A stretch of DNA of 64,000 nt, from the NCBI GenBank assembly GCA_024137785.1, contig JAHRHZ010000047.1, positions 14,912,876 through 14,976,875 of the forward strand, in the 5' to 3' direction. Numbering within the stretch: the first letter of the stretch is position 1; every line of letters begins with the position of its first letter. The position numbers and the translations under genes are program-made. Shown here piece by piece: positions 27,332 through 40,523 of this stretch. Origin of the DNA: Ginglymostoma cirratum (lineage: Eukaryota). The notes under the pieces were generated by a model. That model searched no databases. It was not told where the DNA came from and saw only the letters and a list, made by a program, of their open reading frames with translations.

Positions 27332-27826
27332 ATAATGATGATGTTCATGATGGAGTTGGGAAGTCCCAGTGAACAAGTTCCAAATGAATTAAGAACATAA
27401 ACCAGCCTTATCTCTGCCAGGGACCTCACTTGGAATTCCAAGTGGCACCAACTCCACTTCTCATTCATAAATGCTGCCCCCTGCTGATCAAAGTAACATG
27501 GTGAAAAACCTCGAGCTGGCTTGTTTTCGGAATAACGCAAAATTAAGAGCTTCTGTCTAACATCATTCTTCTCAGTCCCCCCACCGAAACTCTGCTGCAG
27601 AAAATTGCTTCCATCCGTAGGAATGTGGATCTGAGATCGAGGACTCCACATGGTTGGTTGAGCTGCATCTGGATTGAACTTTGAAAGAGCCTGAAGCTTC
27701 CCTGTCAGGGCCAAAGCTGCAAAATCTCCAAATTTCAGCAGCCTTGTCTGCAGTTTTCTTCATCTCTTTTCCCACATTACCACACTTTAACAGGATTTCA
27801 CTGGCTCCACTGAAGGGTCTCTTGAC
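27332..27826 (-). pseudogene. Pseudo-exon (ends phase 2), 5' boundary uncertain
   Basis: Consensus donor gtgagt. Contains the 128-aa open frame 27328-27714, extended upstream as WEKR*RKLQTRLLKFGDFAAL. Alternative acceptor at 27716. Confidence 0.6.
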
Positions 27827-29323
27827 CTTTGGGCTTAAGGTAAAGTCTCACTAGCATAGTTTCCTAACAGTTATTCTTCCATCAGATGTGGACGTCACCT
27901 GCGAGGCCAAATTTATCACCTGTCCCTAATTGCCCCTTAAACACAGGCTCTTGCTTGGCCATTTCAGACAGCAGCGAATTATCCACCCCCAGCGTTCGTT
28001 ATAATTTTTCCTTCGGGAAGTGAAAATGTACTGCTTGCCATGCATGGGGGCTTCCCAGTGGCTGAGAGAACATTGTCCATCGCATCGCTGTGGGTCTGGA
28101 GTCACATGGAGGCCAGACTAGATAAGGAAGGTAATCCGCTGTTCCTAAAACGCATTAGTGAACCAGATAGGATTTTACAAAGTGTTTCCCTGGTTACTAT
28201 AACTGAGACCAGCTTTACAAAATGAAGTTAAACTCTGCCACGTTTTTTTCTGGAAGGGATTTGAATCTACGTCCCATGAACATTTTAAACTGGGCCTTTG
28301 GATGATGAGTCCAATGACGATGTCAATGCACCACTGCCTCCATTTACTTTATACATTTTCTTGTTTGCAAAGCTCAAGGGGATCCCTGCAGGATTTTAGC
28401 ACTGCTCCGATTCTGAACTCTTGCACACACCAGATTTGACTTGTTCCGTTGGTAGCTGTCAGGCCCCAGACTCGACACCTCTTCATCTCTTTACAGAAGG
28501 AGGCTTGAATTCTGGAGCTGGAGGCTTCAGAAATTCGAATACCAGCACATAGCTGGGGAGTTTAAACTCAGTTAACTAAATAAATCTACAGCTGAAAGCT
28601 GGCATCGGTAATGCTGTCCATGAAAATACCACATTAGTGCAGAAAACCCACCTGAGTCACTGATGTCCTTTTAGGGAAGAAAAACCTGACGTTGTGACTT
28701 GGTCTGACCTCCATATGACTCCAGACCCACAGATGTGGTTGACCCTAATTGGCCCCTCAAATAACCGCGTGAGACACTCACTTCAAGAATGCCATCTTCT
28801 CAACAAACAAATAGGGACACACCATTAGTGGTGCTCCTCCATTACAGCATCCCTCTTGTTCAGTTCCTTTTCTCCTTTAAGATGTTCCTTAAAGTCACCC
28901 ATTCTAAATGAAGCCTTCGCCCATTTGCTATTAAGATTACTTTATGTGGCTAAGTATCCAGGTTTTGTTTTGGGAAGCTCCTCTGAAGCGCTTCAGGATG
29001 TCAAGAGCCCTAATATCACTCCAGGTGACTCAAAATCATTGTTTAATGTGGGACGCCCTTAAGAAGCAACTTTGGACAAGATGCTACATAAAGGATGCTA
29101 TATAAATGGAACCTCTTGTTGCTTGGAATGTTGGCTGTCAGGTCCAATTCTGTCCACTCCCCAATACCTTGAAGCAATGCCTTTTTCAGCAAAGGTCAGC
29201 TGGATAATGAAAAGGAGTGTGAAATGTGACTCCTGACTGAAGATTGCACACAGTGATTCTCAATCTCACTCCTCCTTGATGTGTGGCAGCTGCAAGGAAA
29301 GCTAAGGCCTGTTATAAGAAGTG

Positions 29324-32300
29324 TAAAATAACTCCAGAGACCTGCTCCTCGTCACCAAGCCACCCTTTATTTACGTGTGGAGTGTCCTTGACACAGATTC
29401 AGCTCCCTCAGAGCCAGCAGTGAGCAGAACCCCTGACACTCCTGTTTATATCTGTCAGCCAGTGCTCCCTGAATGGGGCTGTTAACTCTTATTCTATGAG
29501 GTCCACCCAGCTGACCTCATGACAGTCACCCCATTCCTCCCCCTCTGAATCTAAGGACATAGGCCAGTTCTTTTTCTTGTAGCTCCCCTTGGAGCGCTTT
29601 AGCACCAGGTCAGGTTCCTCCAACTCTGTCTCTGATACGGGCATTGTGTAACACGTAGGAGCTCGCTTCTTGTGCCTAGAGTGTCTCAGAAGAAATTAAT
29701 TCTCTTCAGGTGGAAAGGCAGCAACATCCACTGTGTCCAACACAGATTCCAAGGTATCTTCTACACTTGGAGGGGGAAGGGCCCCAATGGGTTCTAGAAC
29801 AGTCAGAGGGGGCGGTCAAGGAGCTGGGTGTGTTTTGCTCCCACACCATTTGCGAGTTAACAGCTTTTACAGGGTCTATGCGCTTGTTCAGGACCGTTGC
29901 ACCTACCCACGCTTTATACATCACAGTACCTGACCTCATGTCGACCATGCCTCTTACGCATGCAGGGCCATTCCTGTGGTTCCTACACCAAACTTCATCT
30001 CATGAAGTAAACTGTCTCTCTCACTTAGTGGAGGCTTGTGTCCCACACAAGCGTTTCTGATGCGGTTTTATCCTGTCCCCCACCAGGTCTCGGAAGATCC
30101 AGTTCAACCTGGTGCAGAGTCTACTCCCCATTAGCAGCTGGTCCAATAATCAAATAGTAACTGGGACAGTTTGGTATCTAGTGAAGCTGTAGACTGTTTC
30201 TTTAAGCCAGCATTCAAAGTTTGGACTGCTGTTTCTGCCAGACCATTGCATGATGGATGGTGTGGAGCTGTCCTTACATGTTAAATGCCATTTGACCTTA
30301 TGAAATGCTCAAATTCCCTGCTGGAAAGTGATAGCCTGTTATCTGTGACCAAAACCTTGAGAGTCTATGTATTGCAATATGTGCGTAGCTTTTCCTACCA
30401 CCATTCCTGCATTCAAAAAGTGAATTTGATGCATGTCCACCCATTTTGGAGTGAGCATCTGTAATGACTCAGAGCATTGAGTCCATGAAAGGACGTGCAT
30501 AAAGTCAACAAATTATTGAGACCAGAGTTTACCTGGTCATTCCCATGAATGTGGGGGAAGCTGATGGCAGTAATTTGTGTCCTTGTTGGCAGTCTGGGCA
30601 CTGCCCCTCCAATGCACCTATGTCTGCATCCAATCCTGGCCACCAGGCATAACCTCTCACCAATATCTTCATTTTGGAAATCCCTGGATAACCCTCGTGA
30701 AGTTCAGTCAGTTTCTGGCTGTGACCATTACTCAGGACAATCACTCTTGCTCCCCATAATAAAATGCCATCCTCTGTGACCTGGTCTCACTGGGTCCAAA
30801 AATGTTTTAATTCTGGTTCTGACAGCCCTTTGGTTTCCCCCATCATCACCAGCTGGTTCAGTTTAGGCAGGACTACATCTTTCTGTAGCCAAAGTCTGAT
30901 AGCCAGCTATGAAATTTAAAACAATTACAGACTTTTCCAATGGTGGTACCATTGGTGCATTATCTGCCAGCTCGACACATCTGCACTTGCTACTTGGCCT
31001 CATGGATGTTGTTACAATCTGTAATTGTACACACTTAAAGCCTACTGCTGGTTTTGGCCTGAAACTATGGGCAGTAGCACCTTGTCCTCTTTAAGAGACC
31101 TGGCAGGGGGTTGTGGTCTGTTGTTATTAATAATTTATATTCAAAAAGACATTGGTGGAACTCTGACTCCAAATAAGACTATCAACCTTCCTTCTCTCTA
31201 GAGAGATTTACACTCTGCATTAACCAAAATCCAGGATGCATATGCTATGAGCTAATACTACCCCAATACTGTACTGGGAGGTATTGCACGTCAATACCTG
31301 AACTCACTTGGGATCATAGTGTACCAACACCTTTGATGATAGCTATTTCTTCACTTCCCTGAAGGATATGGCTTGGCTGCATGACCATTTCCAAGGCTGA
31401 CCCTTTAAGAGTTGATGCAAAGGTTCCAGGATGAAGGCCAGGCTATGTATGAATTTTAAGAGTTCACCAGCCCAGGGAAAGAGTCCAGTACTGACATGGG
31501 AGCTGGGGTACCTTTGATTGCCCTTTATCTTCCAACAGATGCAGCCTGATCTTGTTGTCTCTACTGCCCAAGTAGGTCACTTGGAGTGCCTGGAATACAT
31601 ACTTCTCCCTTCTTAGGCACATGCCCACTTGGGAGAAATGTCCAAGTTATCCAAGTACTCCTTCCTGGTCTTCCCTGTTATTAGCACATTGTCTATGTAA
31701 ATGACAACCTGGGGTAGACCTCATAATATGTTTTCCATCATCTGCTGAAAAGTTGAACAGGTTGACAATACCCCAGAAAGCATTTCATATTGGTTCAAAC
31801 TCTAATGGTTTTAATTGTAGCATACTTCTGGGACTCCTCATCTAACCACAATTAGAAGTATGCATGGCTCATGTCCAGCTTTGTGAAGACATCACCCCAC
31901 CCCCCTCACCAGCTTTCTGTATAAATTATCTATGTGAGGCCTTGGCTATTTATCCAGCTGCAAAAAAAAAAAAAAAAAACTGTTTAAAATTCTCAAAAGT
32001 GAACAGACCCATCAGACTTCACACTCAGTCCAACTACTACTGCCCACTGTGCAACCTGGATTGGTCTGATTCCTTCACTGTCCAGCATTCGGATCCCTGC
32101 CTCTACATTTGCAGGTAGGGCATGCCTTGCCATGCTAAATTGTGGAATTGCTTCCTGGTCAACATGCAAGGTTGCCTTGGCCTGTTTGATAGGCCCTAGA
32201 CCTTCCTGAAAAAAGGTCTGCATATTTAATTAGGACTTCATTCAGGCAGCCATTTCCTAATTGAAAAAATGTTGAGCCAATCAAGGCAATTCTTTCTCAA

Positions 32301-33852
32301 CCAATTTCACCGCATCATGCTTGGGCTTGAGCCTTTTCCTACAGGAAGTCGTAACTGAACCAGCTGCTTCTCATGCAAGACCAGAACTGATGTTGTACCC
32401 TTAAACTGTAAAGGTTCCCATTATATGTTCTCAATCCAGCCGCACAAACTTAAGGGTTGGAGTCCAGAGCAACTTTTGTTTAAGACTAGTTCCGCAGTCA
32501 CAAACAGCCACACTGGTTTCAACCTCCAGTGCAGTTGGATAACCATTTCACTACACATTTGTTTTGCTTATTAACAGCAAAAATAGAACCATGTAACTGT
32601 TCCAAGCCAGATGTAGGTGGACCTTCCAGGGTATGTATTCTCCTGGATACTGGTCTATAATTCTTACTCAAATTAGGCCTGGTGGAACTTTGCTTCCTCA
32701 AGACTGCATACTGGCAACAACTAATGGCTTGCTGGCCTGAATCCTGAAGAAAGTTTTAACCATTTGTTCTGGGATTTTGCTAGGGACTGACCTACAGCCC
32801 CTCTGTTCATGCTATGTCCTGAGTGAGGACATGATATTACCTTCACTCAAGTGGTGTTCCAACCTCAGTTGGATTGGCAAAGGTATCCATTTCCATCAGA
32901 AATCCCTGCAACTCAAATGTTCCACGTGTCACATTTTAGAATGATAAAGCCAGATGTAGTGTCTGTTTGAAGTCCAGTTGGGCTTCAGCTGGAGAGAGTG
33001 TTTTTCCATGGTTACATCATTGAGACCACATATCAAATGGTCTCAGCATCTCATTAAGGGTTAAAACCAAAGTCACATTCCTCTGCAGGAGTCCAGACCT
33101 GAAACATCAACCTTCCTGCTCCTCAGCAGGCTGTGTTCGTCCAGCTCTACACCTGGTTAGGTCAGATTCTCCAGCATCAGCAGTTCCTACTATCTCTCAC
33201 ATTCCTCTGCTGGTTATCTTAACCAGAAGAAAGATCACAATACTAATTTCCCTGGTCCTCAAACTGCTGAGTAAAACCTACATTATCTCAAAATTAGAGG
33301 TAGCTTGGGTCATAACATTCCTTAACTAAGTCTGACAACTCTTGAAAGCCTTTCATACCTGGTACTACCAGGAAAGTTGGGGTCCTAATAACTGAAAAAG
33401 CTGCAGGTCCACAACCTGTCAGGAGAATTACTTGTTGCTTTTCATTTGCCTGGAAAAAAAAAAAAAAAAAAAACCACACTCTTTCCACATTCTGGGCCTA
33501 GTCTTCAAAGGGCAGGATCAAATGAGTCAAGCTTCCTAAATAAAGGCATAATGTCAGAAATCTTACCCCAACTCAAACATGACCATCATAAGTGAATTTC
33601 TTCAAGAACTTGCTTTTCTCTTGTCACCACTGAAATAACTCCACAGAGGCCAGTATCCCATCATCAAGTCACCCTTTATTTACAGATGGTGAGTCCTTGA
33701 CACAGATCCAGCTCTTAGAGTAAGTAGAACCTCTGACCCTCCTGTTTATACCTGTCAGCCAGGGCTCCCTGATTGGACCAGATTAACAGTCCCAATTAAG
33801 GAACTCATAATTCTATGAGGTTCACCTGGCTGACCTCATTACAATCACTATG
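29324..33852 (-). mobile_element. Decayed near-full-length Gypsy LTR retrotransposon (Mag/K02A2.6-like)
   Basis: Related ~210-bp LTRs at 29324-29530 and 33631-33852. PBS-like TGGTGACAAG next to the 5' LTR and a purine tract next to the 3' LTR. Gag MPLFRKLDSFDPA..EKQQVILLTGCGPAAF, RT remnant GLPQVVIYIDNVLITG, integrase HEGYPGISKMK..WWPGLDADI..CPDCQ. Many stops and frameshifts. Confidence 0.92.
33087..33196 (+). mobile_element. Penelope pLTR fragment nested in Gypsy gag
   Basis: 14-bp duplication tcacattcctctgc at 33073 and 33197. Confidence 0.85.
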
Positions 33853-34234
33853 GCAAGTTCAATGGGAAACAACTGAGGGAAGAAATGCAAATAACGTGAC
33901 ACCATATCCCAACCTGAACAAGGACCACTGAGAGAAGATGGGAAATGAAAATGAAGACAGGAAAGAAGGGACAAGAGAATGATGTATAAAATAAAGAGTT
34001 TCTTAATTCATGAACATGCTTTTGAGCGTATAGTTCCTTTAATACTTCTCCTGGCTGTGCTTCAGTCAGTTGATGGGCAATTAACTGATTGCAATCTACG
34101 ATACTAAAAATAGGGATTTGGTCTGCAAAACTAAACACTTGAAAGAGAATATCTTTCCTTATTGTACTCTTAGCAAAAGCAGTCTTCCACCAAAATGATG
34201 AAAGGTTTTGTCTTGAGTCCAAGTGCTATCACTT

Positions 34235-34890
34235 GCTGGATGAGTGCAGCTCCAGCATACACAGGAAGATCAAAACCTTCCAGGACAAAGCAGCCTGCCT
34301 GCAGGGCATTCCATCAGACACCTATAAAATTCACTCCCTCCACCAGCAACACTCAGTAGCAGCAGTGTGTACTATCTACAAAGTGCACTGTAACAATTCA
34401 CCAAGGCTCCTTAGACAGCACCTTCCAAACCCACGACCACTTCCAGCTAGAAGGACAAGGGCAGCAGATACCTGGGGACCCCACACCCTGCAAGTTCCCC
34501 TTGAAGTCACTCACTATCCTGAGTTGGAAATACATCCACCATCCCTTCACTGTCGCTGGGTCAAAACCCTAGAATTCCCTCCCTAGCAGCATTGTATACC
34601 ACATGGACTGCAATGGTTCAAGTAGGTGATTCATCACCAACTTCCTGAGGGCAATTAGGTCTAAGCAATAAGTTCTGCCCTTACTGGGGATGTCCACGTC
34701 ATTTTTTTATTCACTCATGGGACATGGGGTATTGCTGGCTGGGCCAGCATTTATTGCTCGTCCGTAGGTGCCTCTTGAGAAGGGGGTGGTGAGCTGCCTC
34801 CTTGAACCGCTGCGGGCAGGTTGCTGTAGTTAGACTCATGATGCCCTTACGGAGGGAGTTGCAGGATTTTGACCCAGCAACAATACTGTG
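34235..34890. mobile_element. Two tail-to-tail Zenon-like LINE 3' fragments (+ 34235-34700; - 34705-34890)
   Basis: QDKAACL..HSLHQQHSVAAVCTIYK on +, then the reverse-strand tail. Further fragments near 15880-16045, 18670-18790, 43460-43710 and 60075-60230. Confidence 0.82.
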
Positions 34891-35415
34891 AAAGAATATA
34901 TTAAGAAGAAGACAGGCTGAAGGCCCAGTGTAGTACTGTGGGAGTGCTGCATTGTCAGAGTCAAGCTGACCCTCAGTGACTTAAGTCCCAGGCTGCACCT
35001 AAATGCTTTGTAGATCCGGTGCCACAGTCCCACTATAAGATGGACTCGATTGTTTTAGCTTTCTGGCTTTATATTCTGTGCTTTAGATTATTTACCATGT
35101 TTTAGGATGGCACAGGAGAGTGGTGACACTAAACAACACCTTTCACTGTATTTATTATAAATACAGATGACAAAAAAATAAATCTAATCAAATTATCTAT
35201 GCCCCCTCATGACTTTGTAAAACTCAATAAGGTCACCCCATCAATGGTGATCTGAAGGGGCTTGCTGTGCTTTCCTCAAAAGCAGCTGCTTTTCAGTGCC
35301 TTCGGTAAGTCAGGGAGCTGCTTAATAACGAGGCAGGATGTGCAGTTCATGCGGAGCCTAATGAGCAATAATCCCTTTCAATGGGCAACTCGCCACTTCC
35401 CAGTGAGAATCTCAC

Positions 35416-35535
35416 CTTGAAGATGGACAGCTCCATAAAAGACAGAGCAAGATGCGCCCGGTGGAGAGAGAGACCTCAGCAGACTCCTCACCCAATTCTG
35501 GCACAAAACTCACTGTAGCCCACCTTGCTCAGGCC
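35416..35535 (-). pseudogene. Pseudo-exon, 120 nt
   Basis: Acceptor atcttatcag, donor AAG/gtgaga. Phase-2 frame A*ARWATVSFVPELGEESAEVSLSTGRILLCLLWSCPSS. Confidence 0.5.
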
Positions 35536-36606
35536 CTGATAAGATTGCACCCAAAGTGTCATTTTTTTTGCTAAGGCTAGTGATTTTAGTATAAACAAAA
35601 TAAAGTTAAAAATAAACAGGCAACGAGAATTAGGACTGTAGTGGGCTGAAAGATATCATCGTATTCCAGCTAAACCAAGTCCACAATCCCAAAATTCCGA
35701 CACTGTCCGTCAGATTCATCTTTGGTCTAAATTTATCCAGGTCTTTCTTGAATTTACCCACTGTTTCCACTTCCATCGCCTCTATTAGATCATCTGTTTC
35801 ACACATTATCACCCTCCATGTGAAATGGTTAAAATCTAAACCGTCTGTTTCCCTTCCCTCTTGTGAAATCCCCCCTGGTTATGGTTTGTGGTTACCTCAA
35901 ACAATTTATTAGGGTTCAGACATCTCGATGGTAATGACCTGCCTGTGAACTCAGGAAGTGGAATTGTGATGGTGAGGGGCATTATGATCTCAATCACTTT
36001 CTGGGTGCTGAGTTATACTGTTTGGGGAATCTCCATAAACATGTCAAGCTAAAGTGACAGCAACCCAACTGTTGAAGATTATAGGACACCGTTAGGACAG
36101 AGTAGAGGAGCACTGAGCTCTGTACATGAGCTGCTTTGGATAATACCAGGTGTTTGTCAGGAATGGAGGTGGGAAAGAAACATTCAGTTATCAACACTTG
36201 TCACCTTAAATGAGCTCAAAATCTATGCACACACAAATCCCCAGAGTGTTAGCCCAGACATGCCTTATCATGAAATGTATTAATGGCTGCAGAGAGTGAG
36301 AGCAGCTTACAGCCAAGTTGATATATATTCCCAACGGATCAAGAAAGCTACATCACATTTAAGAATGACAGTAAATAACAGATGCGTGCTCATAGCAGGA
36401 AACAGATGATGACAGAGTTCACAATCATACTGACGTGCATTCGAAAAGCTGGGAAGCAGGTGTTTTTAAATGTTCAAACACCAGGGCTCAGATCGAATGT
36501 TGTAAGCAGTATTCGGTGTACATTGCAGAATCCCAGTAGCTGCTACTGCTCCACTTCACTTTCAGTTGTCTCCTACAACTGGAACAGGCTCAGATAGGAA
36601 CGTGGA

Positions 36607-36975
36607 AACATAGAAAATAAGTGCAGGAGTAGGCCATTCGGCCCTTTAAGCTTGCACCACCATTCAATATGATCATGGCTGCTCATGCAATCTCAGTATC
36701 CCATTCCCGCTTTCTCTCCATATCCCTTGATCCCTTTAACTGCAAGGGCCATGTCCAGCTCCCTCTTGAATATATCTAACTAACTCATCCCAACAGCTTT
36801 CTGTGGGAGAGAACTCCACAGGTTCACAGCTCTCTGGGTGAAGAAATTCTTCCCCATCTCAGTCCTGAAAGGCTTACCCTTCATTCTTAGCCTGTGACCC
36901 GTAGTTCCCCACCACTGGGAACATTCTTCCCGCATGTAGCCTGTCCAGTGCCATCAGGATTTTATATGATGCTAT
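36607..36975 (-). mobile_element. CR1 3' fragment
   Basis: aaacatagaa..gcaggagtaggccattcggccc and ctctgggtgaagaaatt, as in the 11.9-kb copy. Confidence 0.85.
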
Positions 36976-37229
36976 TAGATTTGCCCCAGCGATGGGAGGA
37001 TTGTTGAAGTTGGCTTATCATCTATTTATCTCTCAGGTAAATGAAAGTACGAATGTTGCTTTCTGAGTTAATGGAGGTTTTTAAGAGTAGGAATGTTGTT
37101 GATGGGCTAGACACAGGGATGAATTTTACGGTTTTTTTTGGCTAAGTGCAAGTTGCCTCAGGTGTTTTGGAGGGATTCACGCTGTGCCACTCATTCTCAC
37201 TGTTTCTAAGCAAATTCATCTCATTAACT

Positions 37230-37404
37230 GGAGCAGGAAAGCTTGATGTTTCGGGCCTAGACCCTTCATCATTTTCTGATGAAGGGTCTAGGCCTGAAAC
37301 GTCAAGCCTTCCTGCTCCTATGATGCTGCTTGACCTGTTGTGCTCATCCAGCTCCACACCTTGTTGTCTTGGATTCTCCAGCATCTGCAAGTACCTATTA
37401 TCTC
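37230..37404 (+). mobile_element. Penelope pLTR insertion with inverted 5' segment
   Basis: 42-bp inverted arms 37230-37271 and 37277-37318. 14-bp duplication tcatctcattaact at 37216 and 37405. Confidence 0.9.
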
Positions 37405-37559
37405 TCATCTCATTAACTACTTAGCCAACCCCTACCATGGACCATTCCCAGAATGAGGCATCACTCAGAGCATATCCCAGAATTTCCTGGCGCCTGTGCC
37501 ATCTGTAAAACATTGAACACAGTCAGTCCGGAGCTGCTGCACAGTTCCCGCTGTTTACC

Positions 37560-37812
37560 CCAGACGTTGGCAGACAGGGGGAAATCGGTGCCCTTCTGTG
37601 TGGGCAGGGACCTGGGGCTCCTGCTGGGATGGGGTAGTGCTGATGTGGGATGGTGTCTTCTCCCAGGGGTCAGCAGAGGAGACCCCAACACCGGGCCATG
37701 CCCACCCTGGTCCGAGGTTACCCGCTGCTGTGGGTCAGTGTGTACTCAGTATCTGGAGGAATGCCCAGTGCCGTTGGAAGAAGGTCAATGTCATTCCCTA
37801 CTCCGCTAGGAT
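37560..37812 (+). mobile_element. Harbinger-type Myb/SANT gene remnant
   Basis: RDLGLLL..PWSEVT..WRNAQCRWKKVN..SAR across frameshifts. Confidence 0.65.
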
Positions 37813-39287
37813 AACTGGCACCATCTTCTCTCTGCTACCTCACACTCACTCTCTCTCTGATCCCGCACCCACCTCCCACTGATCCGTATACTCTCCCACT
37901 CTCACTACAGCCTGCAACATCCTCCCTCCCTCACTGTCACCCACTCCAACCTCCGACACCACAAACCCTGCCTACCCTCTGTGCTGCCCACTCTCTCAAT
38001 TGGGACACCTCCCCACCTGCACCAACAGGAACAGCTGTGCCACCCACTTTCATCTCCCTTAATACCTACCTCTCCCTCATTCCAGGTGGGAAACAGTCCC
38101 CAGTGGGGCAGAAAGGGTCCAGGCGGGTGGTGGGCTGCCTAACATTCAGCTCCTTACCCCCTTATGAGGAGAACGTCCTGACTCTAGCCTCTCCGAGGGT
38201 CTGTCTGACCATGTCCAAGCCCCAGGACTAGGATCGGAGGCTGTTCTGGACTTACTGTTCTGGGACCCCCCTGACAGAAGGCTGTCACCCGCTCGACTTG
38301 ACTGAGACCTGCTGACAACAATGAAAAGCTTCCTGGCTTTGTGCCTGCATTAAGTTCACAGCAGCGCAGGAATAATTTGAGGCTGGTGTCTTTGGCTGAA
38401 GGGTCAAAGTCCAACAAGGAAGGTAATGCCAGGCAGGGATGCTCTGAGTATTGGGGTTAGCTCAGATTGAGTGGGCTCTGTGACAATGAGTGAAGGGCTG
38501 GGGATACAGGCTGGTGCAGTAGAGGAGTTCTGAAGAAGGGTAATACTCTAAATGTTGACTTCTCCTCCTCCGAGCTGCCTGGCTTGTTGCGATTTTCCAG
38601 CCTCCCGTTTGAATTCCAGCATCTGCAGTTTTGTTGTCTCTGGAGATGTTCATTCTGGACTCAAAAGTGTTAACTCTGTTTCTCTCTCCACAAATGCTGC
38701 CAGACCTACTGAGTTTCTCCATCATTTTTCTGTGTTTTTTTCAGATTTCCAACATCGGTTGAGATTTGCTTTTCTCAATGCCAAATTTATTCCAACACCT
38801 CTGGAAAATGGGAAGCATAACGGGGCAGATTGAGCTATTTCTCAGGAATTTAGCAACCAGTAATCTCTGTTGTTTTGCAACCTGTCGCCCTTCACAACCC
38901 TGATGGAAAGTATAAGGGATGCAGTGAGATGTTCCCGATGTTGAAATGGGCCTCACTGCACCTCTCCTTCATATCCACCATATCTCACTGCAGCTCACTT
39001 AATTTAGACCCCTGTAGGAATCCCCCCAGAAAAGGCCTTTCCATTCTGGAGGGTAGAGGTGAAGGGCCCCCAATAAGGAGAGCAAAAGGTCAAAGAAGGA
39101 ATCATTTTGCTGAGAATGTGGAATGTGTCCCCTTAGTAGTTCAGGTGAACAGTCTCAATATATTCAAAGAGGGGTCAGCGAGTGTTGGCAGTCTCTCGGT
39201 AGATAACATGATTGCCTCAAAATCTCCAACTTCAAGGCTCATGCTGTGGCTTGAACCCAAAAACGCAGTGGCTCACATTCTGATACA

Positions 39288-39505
39288 GCACTGAGAGAGT
39301 GTGAGACGAAGGGAGTGTGAGACTGCAAGAGAATAACACTGGGGGAGAGTGACACTGAGGGAATGTGTCATTGAGGGAGGGTGACGCTGGGGGAGAGTGA
39401 CACTGAGGGAATGTGACATTGAGGGAGAGTGACACTGGGGGACTGTGATGCTGAGGGAGTTGACAGTGAGGGAATGTGACACTGAGGGAGTATGACACTG
39501 AGGGA
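39288..39505 (+). repeat. Minisatellite (~16-bp unit gtgacactgagggaga)
   Basis: About a dozen degenerate units running into a Deu-SINE. Confidence 0.9.
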
Positions 39506-39722
39506 GTGCTGCACAGTCAGAGGTGCTGTCTTTTGTGTGAGACATTAAACCAAGGCCCTCATCTGCCTCCTTGGTTGTTGTAAAAGATCCTATTGCATCA
39601 TTGTGAAGAACAGCAGCATAGTTATTCTCGGTGTGATGGCCGCTATATATCTCTGAATCAATATTCCAAAATACAGACTATGCAGCATTATCTCATTGCT
39701 GTATCTGAGAATTTGCTGCATG
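39480..39722 (+). mobile_element. Deu-domain SINE (SacSINE1-like); other copies ~41025-41290, 50820-51030, 57220-57520, 63545-63910
   Basis: ctgagggagtgctgcac..gaggtgctgtcttt..gagacattaaaccaaggcc..taaaagatcc motif. Confidence 0.78.
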
Positions 39723-39978
39723 CATAGAACATAGAACAGTAGAGCACAGGGACAGGCCCTTGGCGATTGATGCCATTCTAAACTAATACCACCTGCCTGC
39801 ACGTGGTCCATGTCCCTCGAATCCCTATCTGTTCATGTATCTGTCTAAATGCCTCTTAAATGTTGCTATCATATCTGCTTCTGCCAACTCCCCTGGCAGT
39901 GTGTCCCAGACACCTACTCCGCGTAAAAAATCTTTTTCGCAAATCTCCTTTAAACTTTCCACCTCTCACTTTAAACTT
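39723..39978 (-). mobile_element. CR1 3' fragment
   Basis: catagaacatagaacagt tail followed by CR1 3' sequence. Confidence 0.75.
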
Positions 39979-40262
39979 CTGCGTTTTCTACTCTGATATT
40001 TCTACTCTATGATCTTTGTGTGGTATAATTTACCTGTACTGCCCACAAAACAAGACTTTTCCCTGTACCTAGGTATGATTGCCAATAAAGGATCAAATTA
40101 AATCCTGTCTGTCTTAGTTATTTCAATCAACGTACTCAGGCATGTTATAGTGATACAGTTGCAGAACAGGTGGGATGTGAACCCAGGCCTTCTGGCCCCA
40201 AGGTAAGGACACTACCAGAGTATACCATGCCAGTTCAGTTGTTCACAGCTAGTGTAGACTGT

Positions 40263-40523
40263 TCCAGTGCAGTGTGACAGGTCCTATTCCAGTGCAGTGT
40301 GTCAGGTCCTATTCCAGTGCAGTGTGTCAGGTCCTATTCCAGTGCAGTGTGTCAGGTCCTATTCCAGTGCAGTGTGACAGGTCCTATTCCAGTGCAGTGT
40401 GTCAGGTCCTATTCCAGTGCAGTGTGACAGGTCCTATTCCAGTGCAGTGTGTCAGGTCCTATTCCAGTGCAGTGTAACAGGTCCTATTCCAGTGCAGTGT
40501 AACAGGTCCTATTCCAGTGCAGT
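40263..40523 (+). repeat. Minisatellite, 24/26-bp unit ccagtgcagtgt(gtc/gac/aac)aggtcctatt, ~10 copies
   Basis: Direct tandem array with no spacers. Confidence 0.95.

Noticed and set aside
33848-34222. 124-aa minus ORF, and the 64-aa ORF at 43195-43389, as extra exons
   Set aside because: No convincing donor/acceptor pair in the required phase. Cannot be excluded without an orthologue.
40263-40523. CRISPR-like array
   Set aside because: Head-to-tail tandem units with no unique spacers, in eukaryotic DNA.
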